From the sequence record SRR2962707_2090: 44,093 bases of DNA. The stretch is one strand, 5' to 3'. The first letter of the stretch is position 1. Every line of letters begins with the position of its first letter. The notes under the pieces are model-generated. The model searched no databases. It had not been told where the DNA came from and saw nothing but the letters and a program-made list of their open reading frames with translations. A program made the position numbers and the translations under genes. Shown piece after piece: positions 17,791-27,520 of this stretch.

Positions 17791-18939
17791 ATGCATTCGT
17801 TTCGTTTTGATCCAGTCAACCTCCCGCCGGAAGTGGACCGGCTTCGCCAGGAGGTCAGAGAGTTCCTGGCCGACCAGCTTTCCTCTGGTCTGATCACACC
17901 GCACCGTAATTCCTGGGGCAGTTTCGACCCTGACTTTTCGCGTGAGTGCGGCCGTCGCGGCTATATCGGTATGCGCTGGCCCAAGCAGTATGGCGGCCAT
18001 GAGCGCACCGCGCTCGAGCGTTATGTGGTCACCGAGGAAATGCTCGCCGCCGGCGCGCCGGTTGGCGCCCACTGGGTCGCGGACCGGCAAAGCGGCAACA
18101 ACATTCTGGCCCATGGTAGTGAGCAAGCGCGGCAGGCCATTCTGCCGGAAATCACCGCCGGCCGGTGTTTCTTTTCCATCGGTATGAGTGAACCCAATTC
18201 CGGCTCGGATCTGGCCGCCGCTTCCACCCGCGCCAAACGCGTGGAAGGAGGCTGGCGCATTACCGGCAGCAAGGTCTGGACCAGCGGCGCTCACCGTAAT
18301 CACTACCTCATCGCCCTGGTGCGCACCGCCCCCCGCGGTGAGGACCGTCACGCCGGCCTCACTCAGTTCATCGTCGATATGAACACGGACGGCGTCACCA
18401 CCCGCCCGATCTATAACCTTTACGGCGGGCATGACTTCAACGAAGTGATATTCGACGAGGCTTTCGTTCCCGATCACATGATGATCGGCAAGGAAGGCGA
18501 CGGCTGGCGCATGGTCACCGGCGAGCTGGCGTTCGAACGCAGCGGCCCGGACCGTTTTCTGAGCACTTTTCAATTGCTGCGCCAGCTCATCGACAAACTT
18601 CAGGAAAATGCCGATAAGCATGAACGTATCGCACTGGGACGTCTGCTCTCGCATTTGACCACGCTTCGAATCATGTCGCTCTCCGTCGCCGGCATGCTGG
18701 AACGCGGTGACTCGCCCAACCTGGAGGCTGCGCTGGTCAAGGATATCGGTACGGCGTTCGAGCAAGAGATTCCGGAGATCGCCAGACTGCTGGTTGATGC
18801 CGAGCCGTCTCTCAGCCACGGACAGCCGTTCAATGAATCGCTGGCCCGCGCCATTCTCACCGCGCCCTCCTTCACCATCCGGGGCGGTACCCGGGAAATT
18901 CTGCGCGGCATCATTGCAAAAGGATTGGGTTTACGATGA
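17791..18939 (+). CDS. Acyl-CoA dehydrogenase, large/catalytic subunit of heteromeric type (PimC/ChsE2-like)
   Basis: WPKQYGG, GMSEPNSGSDLA, GSKVWTS, FNEVIFD, LAFERSG, TIRGGTREILR. Confidence 0.88.
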   Translation: MHSFRFDPVNLPPEVDRLRQEVREFLADQLSSGLITPHRNSWGSFDPDFSRECGRRGYIGMRWPKQYGGHERTALERYVVTEEMLAAGAPVGAHWVADRQSGNNILAHGSEQARQAILPEITAGRCFFSIGMSEPNSGSDLAAASTRAKRVEGGWRITGSKVWTSGAHRNHYLIALVRTAPRGEDRHAGLTQFIVDMNTDGVTTRPIYNLYGGHDFNEVIFDEAFVPDHMMIGKEGDGWRMVTGELAFERSGPDRFLSTFQLLRQLIDKLQENADKHERIALGRLLSHLTTLRIMSLSVAGMLERGDSPNLEAALVKDIGTAFEQEIPEIARLLVDAEPSLSHGQPFNESLARAILTAPSFTIRGGTREILRGIIAKGLGLR

Positions 18940-19988
18940 GTGAAGTACGCGACATCCTTATTGACAGCGCCAATCGTCTCATGGCGGATTCCGGTGGGCA
19001 TGAACTGTGCGCCCGCGTGGAGCGTGGAGAATGGCCGGAAGAAGTCTGGGCACGCCTTGTCGAGATGGGTCTGCCTCAGGCGCTGGCCAGTGCTGGAGAT
19101 GATCTCACGGTTGAAGACACGCTCGCCGTGGTCAATGTCTGTGGTTATCACGCCCTGCCACTCCCGCTGGCCGAGTCGCTGCTTGGAAACCGGCTGCTGA
19201 GAGTCGCCGGCCTCCCCTGCGGCGACACTCCAGTGTCGCTTGTGGCGCCGGCTTCCGGGCTGCCCCGCCTCACTCGAAATGGCGACCAATGGTGCCTGAA
19301 CGGCGAGCTCCACCGTGTTGCCTACGGGCGGCATGTTGACCGGGTTCTCCTGTTGGCCGACACCGATCACGTTCCGGCTCTGATTTCGTTACCCACCGCC
19401 AATCTGGAATGGCATCAGGATATCGGCTTGTGCGGGGAACCACGGGACAGTGTGGGCCTGATCAATCATCAGGTCAGCCCTTCCGATTTTGCCCCCTATC
19501 CCGAGAATGAGCCTTCTCTGCTGTTCTGGGGAGCGCTGCTTCGCGCCCTGCAAATGACCGGAGCAATGCGCCGGGTTCTGGAACTTTCGGTGCAATACGC
19601 CAATGAACGGGAGCAGTTCGGACGGCCTATTGGCAAGTTTCAGGCCGTTCAGCAGCAGCTCTCCGTGGCCGCCGGTCAGGTGGCCGCCGCCAGTGCCGCC
19701 GCCGAGTTCGCGGCACGGAGAATCATCTCGCCCCATGCTCTTTACGCCGTGGCGACGGCGAAAGCCAGGGTTGGCGAAGCCGCCGGTGTCGTCGCCGCTG
19801 TCGGCCATCAGGTCCATGCCGCCATGGGGTTCACCCAGGAACATACCCTGCACAACAGTACCCGACGCCTGTGGACCTGGCGTGACGAGTTTGGCAACGA
19901 AGCCCATTGGCAGGAAAAGCTCGGTGCTTTGGCTTGTGAATGGGGGCGGGACCAACTCTGGCCGGAGATCACCGCGCGACAATCCTAA
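18936..19988 (+). CDS. Acyl-CoA dehydrogenase, small partner subunit (PimD/ChsE1-like)
   Basis: Degenerate N-half; REQFGRPIGKFQAVQ and HQVHAAMGFTQEH; ATGA overlap with upstream ACAD. Confidence 0.85.
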   Translation: MSEVRDILIDSANRLMADSGGHELCARVERGEWPEEVWARLVEMGLPQALASAGDDLTVEDTLAVVNVCGYHALPLPLAESLLGNRLLRVAGLPCGDTPVSLVAPASGLPRLTRNGDQWCLNGELHRVAYGRHVDRVLLLADTDHVPALISLPTANLEWHQDIGLCGEPRDSVGLINHQVSPSDFAPYPENEPSLLFWGALLRALQMTGAMRRVLELSVQYANEREQFGRPIGKFQAVQQQLSVAAGQVAAASAAAEFAARRIISPHALYAVATAKARVGEAAGVVAAVGHQVHAAMGFTQEHTLHNSTRRLWTWRDEFGNEAHWQEKLGALACEWGRDQLWPEITARQS

Positions 19989-20017
19989 TCTCATCACAAC
20001 CGCACAGGAGTCCGCCG

Positions 20018-20812
20018 ATGTCGGAAGTATTACTGTTCGAGGTCGATAGTAATGGCGTAGCCCTCATTACACTCAACCGCCCGGAAAAACGTAACGCGTT
20101 CAATCGGGAAATGATCGAGTCGTGGCTCGGTGCCCTGGAGCAATGCCGCCGCGATGACATCCAGGCCGTGGTAATCACCGGCGCCGGTCAACAGGCCTTT
20201 TGCTCCGGCGGTGACGTTGGCGACATGGGGCGCAGCGAGCGCGGCACCTGGACCACCAAGGATTACCTGTGGGAAAACATCCATCGGGTGCCCCGAGCCA
20301 TCCGCGAGCTGGATAAACCGGTGCTATGCGCGCTCAATGGCGCCGCCACCGGGGCCGGTCTGGATATGGCTCTGGCTTGTGATCTCCGTTTCGCCGCCAA
20401 CAGCGCTCGCCTGGGAGAAACCTATATCAAGGTGGGGCTGGTTCCCGGCGACGGCGGTGCCTTTTTCCTTCCCCGCCTGGTGGGCATCCCGAAGGCATTG
20501 GAGCTGTTGTGGAGCGGTGACCTGATCGACGCGGAGGAAGCGCTCCGCCTTGGTATTGTCAATCGACTTTACGCGCCGGAAACGCTGCTTGAAGAAACGC
20601 TTGCCTTTGCCAGGAAACTGGCCCTTGGCCCGAGCCGTGCCACTCGCATGATCAAACGGCTGGTGTATCAGTGTCAGGATCTGGATCTGGCCACCAGCCT
20701 GGATCTGGTGTCTTCCCACATGGGCCTGGTCACCCGCGGCGCGGAACACAAGGAAGGCGTACAAGCATTTCTGGAAAAGCGCCGCCCTGATTTTCCCGGC
20801 GTCCGCGACTGA
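20018..20812 (+). CDS. Crotonase-superfamily enoyl-CoA hydratase/isomerase
   Basis: TLNRPEKRNA, AFCSGGD, NGAATGAG, GLVPGDGG; AGGAG SD before ATG 20018. Confidence 0.9.
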   Translation: MSEVLLFEVDSNGVALITLNRPEKRNAFNREMIESWLGALEQCRRDDIQAVVITGAGQQAFCSGGDVGDMGRSERGTWTTKDYLWENIHRVPRAIRELDKPVLCALNGAATGAGLDMALACDLRFAANSARLGETYIKVGLVPGDGGAFFLPRLVGIPKALELLWSGDLIDAEEALRLGIVNRLYAPETLLEETLAFARKLALGPSRATRMIKRLVYQCQDLDLATSLDLVSSHMGLVTRGAEHKEGVQAFLEKRRPDFPGVRD

Positions 20813-20951
20813 TTTCCGCACCAATCCGATTCCGTATCACAATAACGAGCGCGCTTTCGAATTTGACTGGATTCTCGCCCTATCTCCCCGCCAACCGGCC
20901 ATCCGGTTGGCCGCCGAATTACTAAAAAACGCTGTCAGTAAAGGAAACACC

Positions 20952-23075
20952 ATGTCGCAATCTCCATCCAGCCTGGCTCCGGACCGCATCCGGGCCCTGT
21001 TCCAACCGGACACCGTCGCCATTCTCGGCGCCTCTGATGACAGCGGCAAGATCAGTGGCCGGCCAGTACGCTATCTGAAAGAAAGCGGCTTCAAAGGGCG
21101 CGTTTTTCCGATCAATCCCCGGCGCGAAACGGTGCAGGGCCTCACCGCTTATCCGGACATTCACTCGGTACCGGAGAACATTGATCTTGCCATTGTCGCC
21201 CTGCCCGCCAAACAGGTCCTGGAGGCGATCGAAGCCTGCGCCGAAAAAGGCGTTTCCGCGGTGATTCTGTTCAGCGCCGGCTTCGCCGAAATCGGCGAGG
21301 AAGGCTATCATGTTCAGGCCCGCATCAGCGAAATCGCGCGCCGTTCCGGCATGCGTATTCTGGGTCCCAATTGTCTCGGCGCCATCAATCTTCGCAACGG
21401 TCTGATCGGCACCTTCACCTCAGGCATGGAAGGCGGCCTGGCCAAACCCGGGCGCATCGGCTTTGTCAGCCAGAGCGGCGCCCTGGGTTCCCACTGCTTT
21501 GCCGCGTTCCGGGAAAGAGGTCTGGGTTTCAGCTACTGGGTCACCACCGGTAACGAGTGCGATATCGAGTTCGCCGACTGTCTCGCCTTTCTTGCCGAAG
21601 ACCCCGACACCGATGTGATCGCCGCCTATATAGAAGGCTGCCGGGACGGAGACAAGCTTAAGAGAGCGCTGGCGCTGGCGCGAAAAAACCGCAAACCAGT
21701 GGTGCTGCTGAAGGTGGGAGAGTCAGAAATCGGCGCCCAGGCCGCGGCTTCCCACACTGCCTCCCTGGCCGGCTCCGACGCGGTCTATCAAACCATATTC
21801 GATCAGTATGGCGTATGCCGGGCACACTCGATTCATGAGTTCATGGAACTCACCTACGCCTGCCTCGGCAATCGCTTCCCCACCGGCCGCCGGATCGGTC
21901 TGGCCACCGTGTCCGGTGGCGTTGGTGTGCTGATGGCGGACAGAGCGGCGGCGATGGATCTTGATATCGCACCGATGCCGGAAGCGTCGCAGAAACGCAT
22001 GAAGGCCCTCTGGAGCCCGGCCGCGGTGATCAATCCGGTGGATACCACCGCGCAGGTGACCAGTGATCGAGGGCTGCTCGATCAATTTCTCCGGGAGATG
22101 CTGGATCATGGCCAATACGACGCCATTGTGATTTTCCTTGCGCACACTGGTTTGGTCAAAGCCACTTCCGACCGCATAAGAGAATATCTCCGGCCCTTGC
22201 GAGAGGCTTATCCAGACCGGCTGCTTATGATCAGTACCTTATGCACAGCGGAGATCCGCGCCGACTACGAGGCGGATGGATTCCCCGTGTTCGAGGATCC
22301 CAGCCAGGCGGTGGAAGTTTGTGCTCAGTTGATGCGTTTGGGCGCCGGCTTCGAGAATTCACGCCCGGATCGGCGACAGGATGACACCGTGTCGATGCCA
22401 GGCCTGCCAGCACAGTACGATGAATTCAGCGTCAAGCGCTGGTTGCAGGAAGCCGGCATCCCGACAACCGGGGAGCAGCTCGCGCACAATGCCGACGAAG
22501 CCGCCCGGGCCGCCGAAATGTTGGGATTCCCGATAGTGATGAAAATCAACTCGCCGGACATTCAGCACAAGACCGAAGCTGGTGGGGTGGTCCTGAACCT
22601 GTCGGACGCGCAGGCGGTTCGGGACAGCTACCGGACCATGCTGGAGGTAGTCGGACAGCGGCAGCCGGACGCCCGCATCGACGGCGTTCTCATCTGCCAG
22701 CAGGTGCGTGGCGGCGTGGAGACGCTGATCGGCGTGCAGAGGGATCCGATTTTCGGTCCCGTGGTGGTGTTCGGACTGGGCGGTATTTTTGTCGAAACAC
22801 TGAAGGACGTGGCCATGCGCGCGGCGCCCTTCGATCTTGCCACCGCCCGGGAAATGATGGGTGAAATCCGTGGCTACCCCCTACTCACGGGCACCCGTGA
22901 TCGGCCCGCCGCGGATCTGACTTGTCTGGCCGAAACCCTGGTGATCGTGTCCCGGCTGGCCTGGCAGCACCGCGATCGCCTCGAAAGTCTGGATATCAAT
23001 CCATTCATCGTATTGGCCGAAGGACAAGGCGCGGTGGCCGTTGACGGCCTGATCGTACCCCGCCAAGCCGACTGA
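20952..23075 (+). CDS. ADP-forming acyl-CoA synthetase (fused CoA-binding + ATP-grasp)
   Basis: ILGAS, GPNCLG, SQSGA, SHTASLAG phospho-His, NPVDTT, HKTEAGGV, DPIFGP, LDINP. Confidence 0.9.
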   Translation: MSQSPSSLAPDRIRALFQPDTVAILGASDDSGKISGRPVRYLKESGFKGRVFPINPRRETVQGLTAYPDIHSVPENIDLAIVALPAKQVLEAIEACAEKGVSAVILFSAGFAEIGEEGYHVQARISEIARRSGMRILGPNCLGAINLRNGLIGTFTSGMEGGLAKPGRIGFVSQSGALGSHCFAAFRERGLGFSYWVTTGNECDIEFADCLAFLAEDPDTDVIAAYIEGCRDGDKLKRALALARKNRKPVVLLKVGESEIGAQAAASHTASLAGSDAVYQTIFDQYGVCRAHSIHEFMELTYACLGNRFPTGRRIGLATVSGGVGVLMADRAAAMDLDIAPMPEASQKRMKALWSPAAVINPVDTTAQVTSDRGLLDQFLREMLDHGQYDAIVIFLAHTGLVKATSDRIREYLRPLREAYPDRLLMISTLCTAEIRADYEADGFPVFEDPSQAVEVCAQLMRLGAGFENSRPDRRQDDTVSMPGLPAQYDEFSVKRWLQEAGIPTTGEQLAHNADEAARAAEMLGFPIVMKINSPDIQHKTEAGGVVLNLSDAQAVRDSYRTMLEVVGQRQPDARIDGVLICQQVRGGVETLIGVQRDPIFGPVVVFGLGGIFVETLKDVAMRAAPFDLATAREMMGEIRGYPLLTGTRDRPAADLTCLAETLVIVSRLAWQHRDRLESLDINPFIVLAEGQGAVAVDGLIVPRQAD

Positions 23076-23111
23076 GCGAAACCGACCTGAACCGACACAA
23101 AGAGGGCTGCA

Positions 23112-24275
23112 ATGGGACGACAAGCCGTGATTGTCGGCGCCGCCGACGCGCCACTGGAAAATGGCGTATTGAAGGACGGAGGTACCGTCCTGCAAGTACA
23201 AGCCCGCACCGCCAAGGCGGCCCTGGACGAAGCTGGCCTGAACCTGGCCGAAGTGGACGGTCTGCTTACCGCGGGCCTTTGGGGGGTTCCCGGCCCGGGT
23301 AGCCTGATGAGCATCACGCTCGGTGAATATCTGGGGATTCGGCCGCGCTTTACCGATGCCACCAACATCGGAGGCTCGGCCTTCGAAGCGCATCTGGCCC
23401 ATGCCGCCATGGCCATCGAGAAAGGCTACTGCGAGGTGGCGCTGATCTCCTATGGCAGCACGCAGCGCAGCGATCGCAGCCGCAATCTGGCCGGACGGCC
23501 ACCAACATTGACCATGCAGTATGAAAGCCCGTTCGGCATGTTGATGCCAGTGGGCGGCTACGCGCTGTCGGCCATGCGGCACATGCACGACTACGGCACC
23601 ACCAGCGAGCAACTGGCTGAAATTGCCGTGGCCGCGCGGCAATGGGCCAGTCTCAATCCCATGGCCACCCACCGCACCCCGATTACCGTGGACGATGTCC
23701 TGGCCAGTCCGATGATCTCGGCCCCCTTGCACCAGTTGGACTGCTGTCTGGTCAGCGACGGCGCGGCGGCGGTGGTGGTCACCACCGAGGAACGCGCCCG
23801 GTCGCTGCCGACGAAGCCGATTTACGTTCGCGGCTACGGCGAGTCGCACACCCACTGGACCATCAGTCAGATGCCCGATCTGACCACCACCACGGCATCG
23901 GAGACCGGGCGTCGCGCCATGAATATGGCCGGCGTCCGCCATGACGACATCGACGTGCTGCAAATTTACGACTCATTCACCATCACCACCCTGCTCACGC
24001 TTGAGGCTCTGGGCTTCTGCCGTCGCGGCGAAGGCGGTGAGTTTGTCTCCGAAGGCCGGCTGGGACCGGGCGGTGAGCGCCCCATCAATACCAATGGCGG
24101 CGGCCTGTCCTGCGCCCATCCCGGCATGTACGGGCTGCTGTTGATGGTGGAAGCGATTCGTCAATTACGCGGGGAGTGCGGCGAACGCCAGCTTCCGAAC
24201 CCCACCGTGGCGCTGGTTAACGGCACCGGCGGAACACTGTCCAGTACCGCCACCTGCGTGCTGGCGACACACTAA
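23112..24275 (+). CDS. SCP2/Ltp2-type thiolase-fold protein lacking the nucleophilic Cys
   Basis: TNIGGSAF at the usual CxS position; DCCLVSDGAAA, QIYDSFT, NTNGGGLSCAHPG. Confidence 0.85.
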   Translation: MGRQAVIVGAADAPLENGVLKDGGTVLQVQARTAKAALDEAGLNLAEVDGLLTAGLWGVPGPGSLMSITLGEYLGIRPRFTDATNIGGSAFEAHLAHAAMAIEKGYCEVALISYGSTQRSDRSRNLAGRPPTLTMQYESPFGMLMPVGGYALSAMRHMHDYGTTSEQLAEIAVAARQWASLNPMATHRTPITVDDVLASPMISAPLHQLDCCLVSDGAAAVVVTTEERARSLPTKPIYVRGYGESHTHWTISQMPDLTTTTASETGRRAMNMAGVRHDDIDVLQIYDSFTITTLLTLEALGFCRRGEGGEFVSEGRLGPGGERPINTNGGGLSCAHPGMYGLLLMVEAIRQLRGECGERQLPNPTVALVNGTGGTLSSTATCVLATH

Positions 24276-24292
24276 CACTGGGAGAGTGCATT

Positions 24293-24700
24293 ATGAGTTC
24301 ACGCCCCGTTCCCGTGGTGGACGATGATAGTCGGGAGTTCTGGGCGGCCACCGCCCGGGATGAATTGCGTCTGCCCTATTGCAACCACTGTCAGGCGCCG
24401 TTCTATTACCCTCGCGTCCTGTGTCCGCACTGTCACGGCGACGACCTCAGTTGGCGCACTCTGAGCGGCCAGGGCGTCATCTACAGTTTCACTATAAGCC
24501 GACGCCCGGCCGGTCCCGCCTTCAAGGAGCGGGTGCCCTATGTAGTGGCGTTGGTGGATTTGAATGAAGGCCCGCGGATGCTCACCAACATTGTAGTGGA
24601 TGATGTAACGCAAGTGGCCATCGGTCAGAAGGTCTCGGTGGTGTTCGAAAAGCTGGGTGACGAAGGGCTGTCCCTGCCCGTTTTCTACCCTTCCCCATAA
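24293..24700 (+). CDS. DUF35/ChsH2-like Zn-ribbon + OB-fold protein
   Basis: EFW, CNHC..YYPR..CPHC, SGQGVIYSFT, PYVVALVDLNEGPRM. Confidence 0.9.
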   Translation: MSSRPVPVVDDDSREFWAATARDELRLPYCNHCQAPFYYPRVLCPHCHGDDLSWRTLSGQGVIYSFTISRRPAGPAFKERVPYVVALVDLNEGPRMLTNIVVDDVTQVAIGQKVSVVFEKLGDEGLSLPVFYPSP

Positions 24701-24716
24701 TCGCGGAGCTGCCTTT

Positions 24717-26069
24717 GTGACACCGCAAGACGGTCTGCCCCTGCCGCGCCGCTACTGGGCTCTGTTGACGGTCGGACTGGCCATTGGCATGGCGGTCATG
24801 GATAACTCGATGATCAACGTGGTGCTGCCGGTGATCGCCCAGGATCTGGAAATTCCACCATCACAATCGCTTTGGGTGGTGAACGCCTATCTGCTGGCCG
24901 TGGTGACCACCTTGTTGCCGCTGTCTTCCCTCGGCGACCTTCTCGGTTATCGACGCATTTCCCGGGCCGGTTTGTTTGTGTTCATTTGCGCCTCACTGAG
25001 CTGCATGCTTTCCCCGTCCTTGGCACATCTGACCGTATCACGCTTTATTCAGGGGCTAGGCGCGGCGGGAATCATGAGCGTCAATGTGGCACTGGTACGC
25101 CTGATCTTCCCGACCCGCTCACTGGGCAAAGGAATCGGCATCAATGCCATGGTGGTGGCGTTGTCCACGGGGCTCGGTCCGACCGTGGCCTCAAGTCTGC
25201 TGGTGGTGGGGAATTGGCGCTGGCTGTTTGCCGTCAATCTGCTCCTCGGCATGGTGGCCCTGCTCATCGCCGGACGCACTCTGCCGGACAATGTTTCGAG
25301 TCACCAGCCATTTGATTTTCTCAGCGCCGCGCTCAATGTCCCGGGTTTGGGGCTTCTCGTCTTCGCCATTGAGAGCCTGGCCCATGGCGCTCATGCCAAT
25401 CTGGTGTTGATCGAGTTGTTCTGTGCCGCCGCCTTCCTTTTTTTATTGATCCGGCGGCAGCTTTCCCGGCCTCACCCAATGCTGCCCGTGGATCTGTTGG
25501 CAATACCTTCTTTCACCTTGGCCATCATCACCTCCACCAGCTCTTTTGCCAGCCACATGATGGCGTTCATCGCCCTGCCCTTTTATTTTCACGATGTGTT
25601 GGGTTATTCGCCGGTGCGCGCCGGGTTCATGGTCAGCCCCTGGCCGCTGGCGATGATGCTGGTGGCGCCGCTAGCCGGTGCTCTCGCGGACCGCCACCCA
25701 CCCGGCCCGCTTTGCGGCCTGGGTCTGGCCATCACTGGTACCGGTCTGATCTTTCTCGCCAACCTGCCCGCGGAGCCGGCGCTCTTCGACATCTTCTGGC
25801 GCACGGCGCTTGCCGGCATTGGCTTTGGCCTGTTCCATTCCCCCAACAATCGCGCCTTGCTCAGTGCCGTTCCTCGCCATCGGAGCGGGGGGGCCGCGGG
25901 CATGCAAGGGACCGCACGGCTGCTTGGGCAGAGTATCGGAGCCGCCGTCGCCGCACTGATTTTCCAGCGCTTCGACAATGGCGCCCATGCCGTTCTCTGG
26001 GCCTCGGCCTGTGTCGCCCTGACCGCCGCCGTTATCAGCGTATCCCGAATGCTGGCGCCTTCGGACTAG
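24717..26069 (+). CDS. DHA2 MFS transporter, YebQ-like, copy 2
   Basis: DGLPLPRRY, NAYLLAV, GDLLGYRR, FHSPNNR; GTG 24717 with GGAG SD, 16 nt after the DUF35 stop. Confidence 0.88.
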   Translation: MTPQDGLPLPRRYWALLTVGLAIGMAVMDNSMINVVLPVIAQDLEIPPSQSLWVVNAYLLAVVTTLLPLSSLGDLLGYRRISRAGLFVFICASLSCMLSPSLAHLTVSRFIQGLGAAGIMSVNVALVRLIFPTRSLGKGIGINAMVVALSTGLGPTVASSLLVVGNWRWLFAVNLLLGMVALLIAGRTLPDNVSSHQPFDFLSAALNVPGLGLLVFAIESLAHGAHANLVLIELFCAAAFLFLLIRRQLSRPHPMLPVDLLAIPSFTLAIITSTSSFASHMMAFIALPFYFHDVLGYSPVRAGFMVSPWPLAMMLVAPLAGALADRHPPGPLCGLGLAITGTGLIFLANLPAEPALFDIFWRTALAGIGFGLFHSPNNRALLSAVPRHRSGGAAGMQGTARLLGQSIGAAVAALIFQRFDNGAHAVLWASACVALTAAVISVSRMLAPSD

Positions 26070-26097
26070 GATCGCGACTCACAATCCGTGATGCTGC

Positions 26098-26123
26098 AAA
26101 AAAAATCCGCCCTTGCGGGCGGA
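26098..26123 (-). terminator. Intrinsic terminator of porin gene
   Basis: A8 then TCCGCCC-ttgc-GGGCGGA (T tract on minus strand). Confidence 0.8.
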
Positions 26124-26159
26124 CAAGTAGGGACCGAGAAGAACATCAGGCGGATGAAA

Positions 26160-27344
26160 TCAGAACACGAATTCCGCACCAACGGAGACCGCCATGGGAT
26201 CACCGCCGGGTACCGTGGCGATCTTGTCACCATGGGCGTAATCGCCGGACCGATACTGGCCGTTATCATCGTTCTTGGTGGTCGTCGCGGCGAAGTAAAC
26301 TCTCAACGGTTTGAAAACCTGCTGATAAACCGCCAGTGTGAATTGGTCCGCGCCATCGTCACCGGCGGCCAAATCGGACTCATCGGCATGCATCCATTGA
26401 GCACCCACGGTGGTGCGCGGCAGGATGCGGTAGCTGGCGTAAAGGCCATAGGCGGAACGGGACAGGGAGCCGGAAGCGACGGTGTCGTCGGTATCAATGT
26501 TTTCATAGATACCGCCGAGAGTGAGTCTGTCGGTCTTGTAGCGAAGACCGGCGCGCCAGCCTTCCACTTCACCGCCATAGATTTCGGAGTACTTGATGTA
26601 AGCGGAAGACAAGGTGAATCCGGAAAGCGTATAGGCCGCGGAAACGCTGTACATATCGCTTTCGTTGTCATCGATATAGTCTTTGGTGCCCTGGGCGGAA
26701 CTGCCGTCCGGCAACGTATATTTGCCGCTGTCCTGATCCAGGGCATACTGAGCCGCCAGTTTGACGCCAGCCAGTTCTCCATTCCAGTACAGGGAATTGG
26801 CGCCGCGAAGGTCCAGACGGCCGCTGACCGCCGAACTTTGACCCAGAATCGCCATCGGATCCCCTACCGTGGTGACATACAAGCTGTTGCCAATACCGGT
26901 CCGTTTAAACGGCGTATCCATGCGGCCAACCCGGAATAAACCGGCCGGCGTCTTGATACCGAGAAAGGTATCGCGATTAGCCAGAGTATCCTTGGCATCG
27001 GTATCCGGATCGAAGTTCTGCTCCAGTTGCCAGACCACCGTGTATGGCTGGTCTTTAATGCCGTAGGAACCGCGGAAGCCAATAATCGTGGTATTGGTGG
27101 ACAACCCAAGACTGCCATCGGTCAGCCCCTTGGACGGGCTTTCCGGGGCATCTCCGAGATCGGAGTCGGCGTAGTCCAGCGATAAGCGGACCTTGCCATA
27201 GATTTCCAGTGTTTCCTTGGTTTCAGAGTCTTTATCGAAGTTGACCGGAATGTTTGCCGCCCATGCGGGGGAACTGATGACAAAAAGAGCGGACAAACCG
27301 CCGGCCATTGCTGAAAAACCAGTAATTCGTTTTTTCACTTTCAC
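26160..27344 (-). CDS. Gram-negative general-type outer-membrane porin
   Basis: Signal peptide, IYGKV, IGFRG, WQLEQ, NRDTFLG, GRMDTP, C-terminal Phe. Confidence 0.85.
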   Translation of the reverse strand: MKVKKRITGFSAMAGGLSALFVISSPAWAANIPVNFDKDSETKETLEIYGKVRLSLDYADSDLGDAPESPSKGLTDGSLGLSTNTTIIGFRGSYGIKDQPYTVVWQLEQNFDPDTDAKDTLANRDTFLGIKTPAGLFRVGRMDTPFKRTGIGNSLYVTTVGDPMAILGQSSAVSGRLDLRGANSLYWNGELAGVKLAAQYALDQDSGKYTLPDGSSAQGTKDYIDDNESDMYSVSAAYTLSGFTLSSAYIKYSEIYGGEVEGWRAGLRYKTDRLTLGGIYENIDTDDTVASGSLSRSAYGLYASYRILPRTTVGAQWMHADESDLAAGDDGADQFTLAVYQQVFKPLRVYFAATTTKNDDNGQYRSGDYAHGDKIATVPGGDPMAVSVGAEFVF

Positions 27345-27520
27345 GAGCCATGCCTCTTCTTATTAAGATTAATTTTTTCAGAACATACCTAACCCAAGGC
27401 CCAGTGCACTGTCGTGACAGCCTTATAAATTAGCCGTATTTTTTGGGTTTTCAGTTGTCTGACTCGGAAAGACGTTATAGAGAGAAGCTTCAAGGAACAA
27501 CAAAATCAGAGCGGCAATTA

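Noticed and set aside
17758-18819. Long antisense ORFs (also 22881-23963, 14181-15071, 40133-41068, 37358-38236, 4856-5710, 26088-26939)
   Set aside because: Shadow ORFs opposite well-supported genes in GC-rich DNA, with no recognisable motifs
23112-24700. Steroid side-chain degradation cluster or PhlABC-like biosynthesis
   Set aside because: No steroid ring-degradation genes and no PhlA/HMG-CoA-synthase partner; nucleophilic Cys absent
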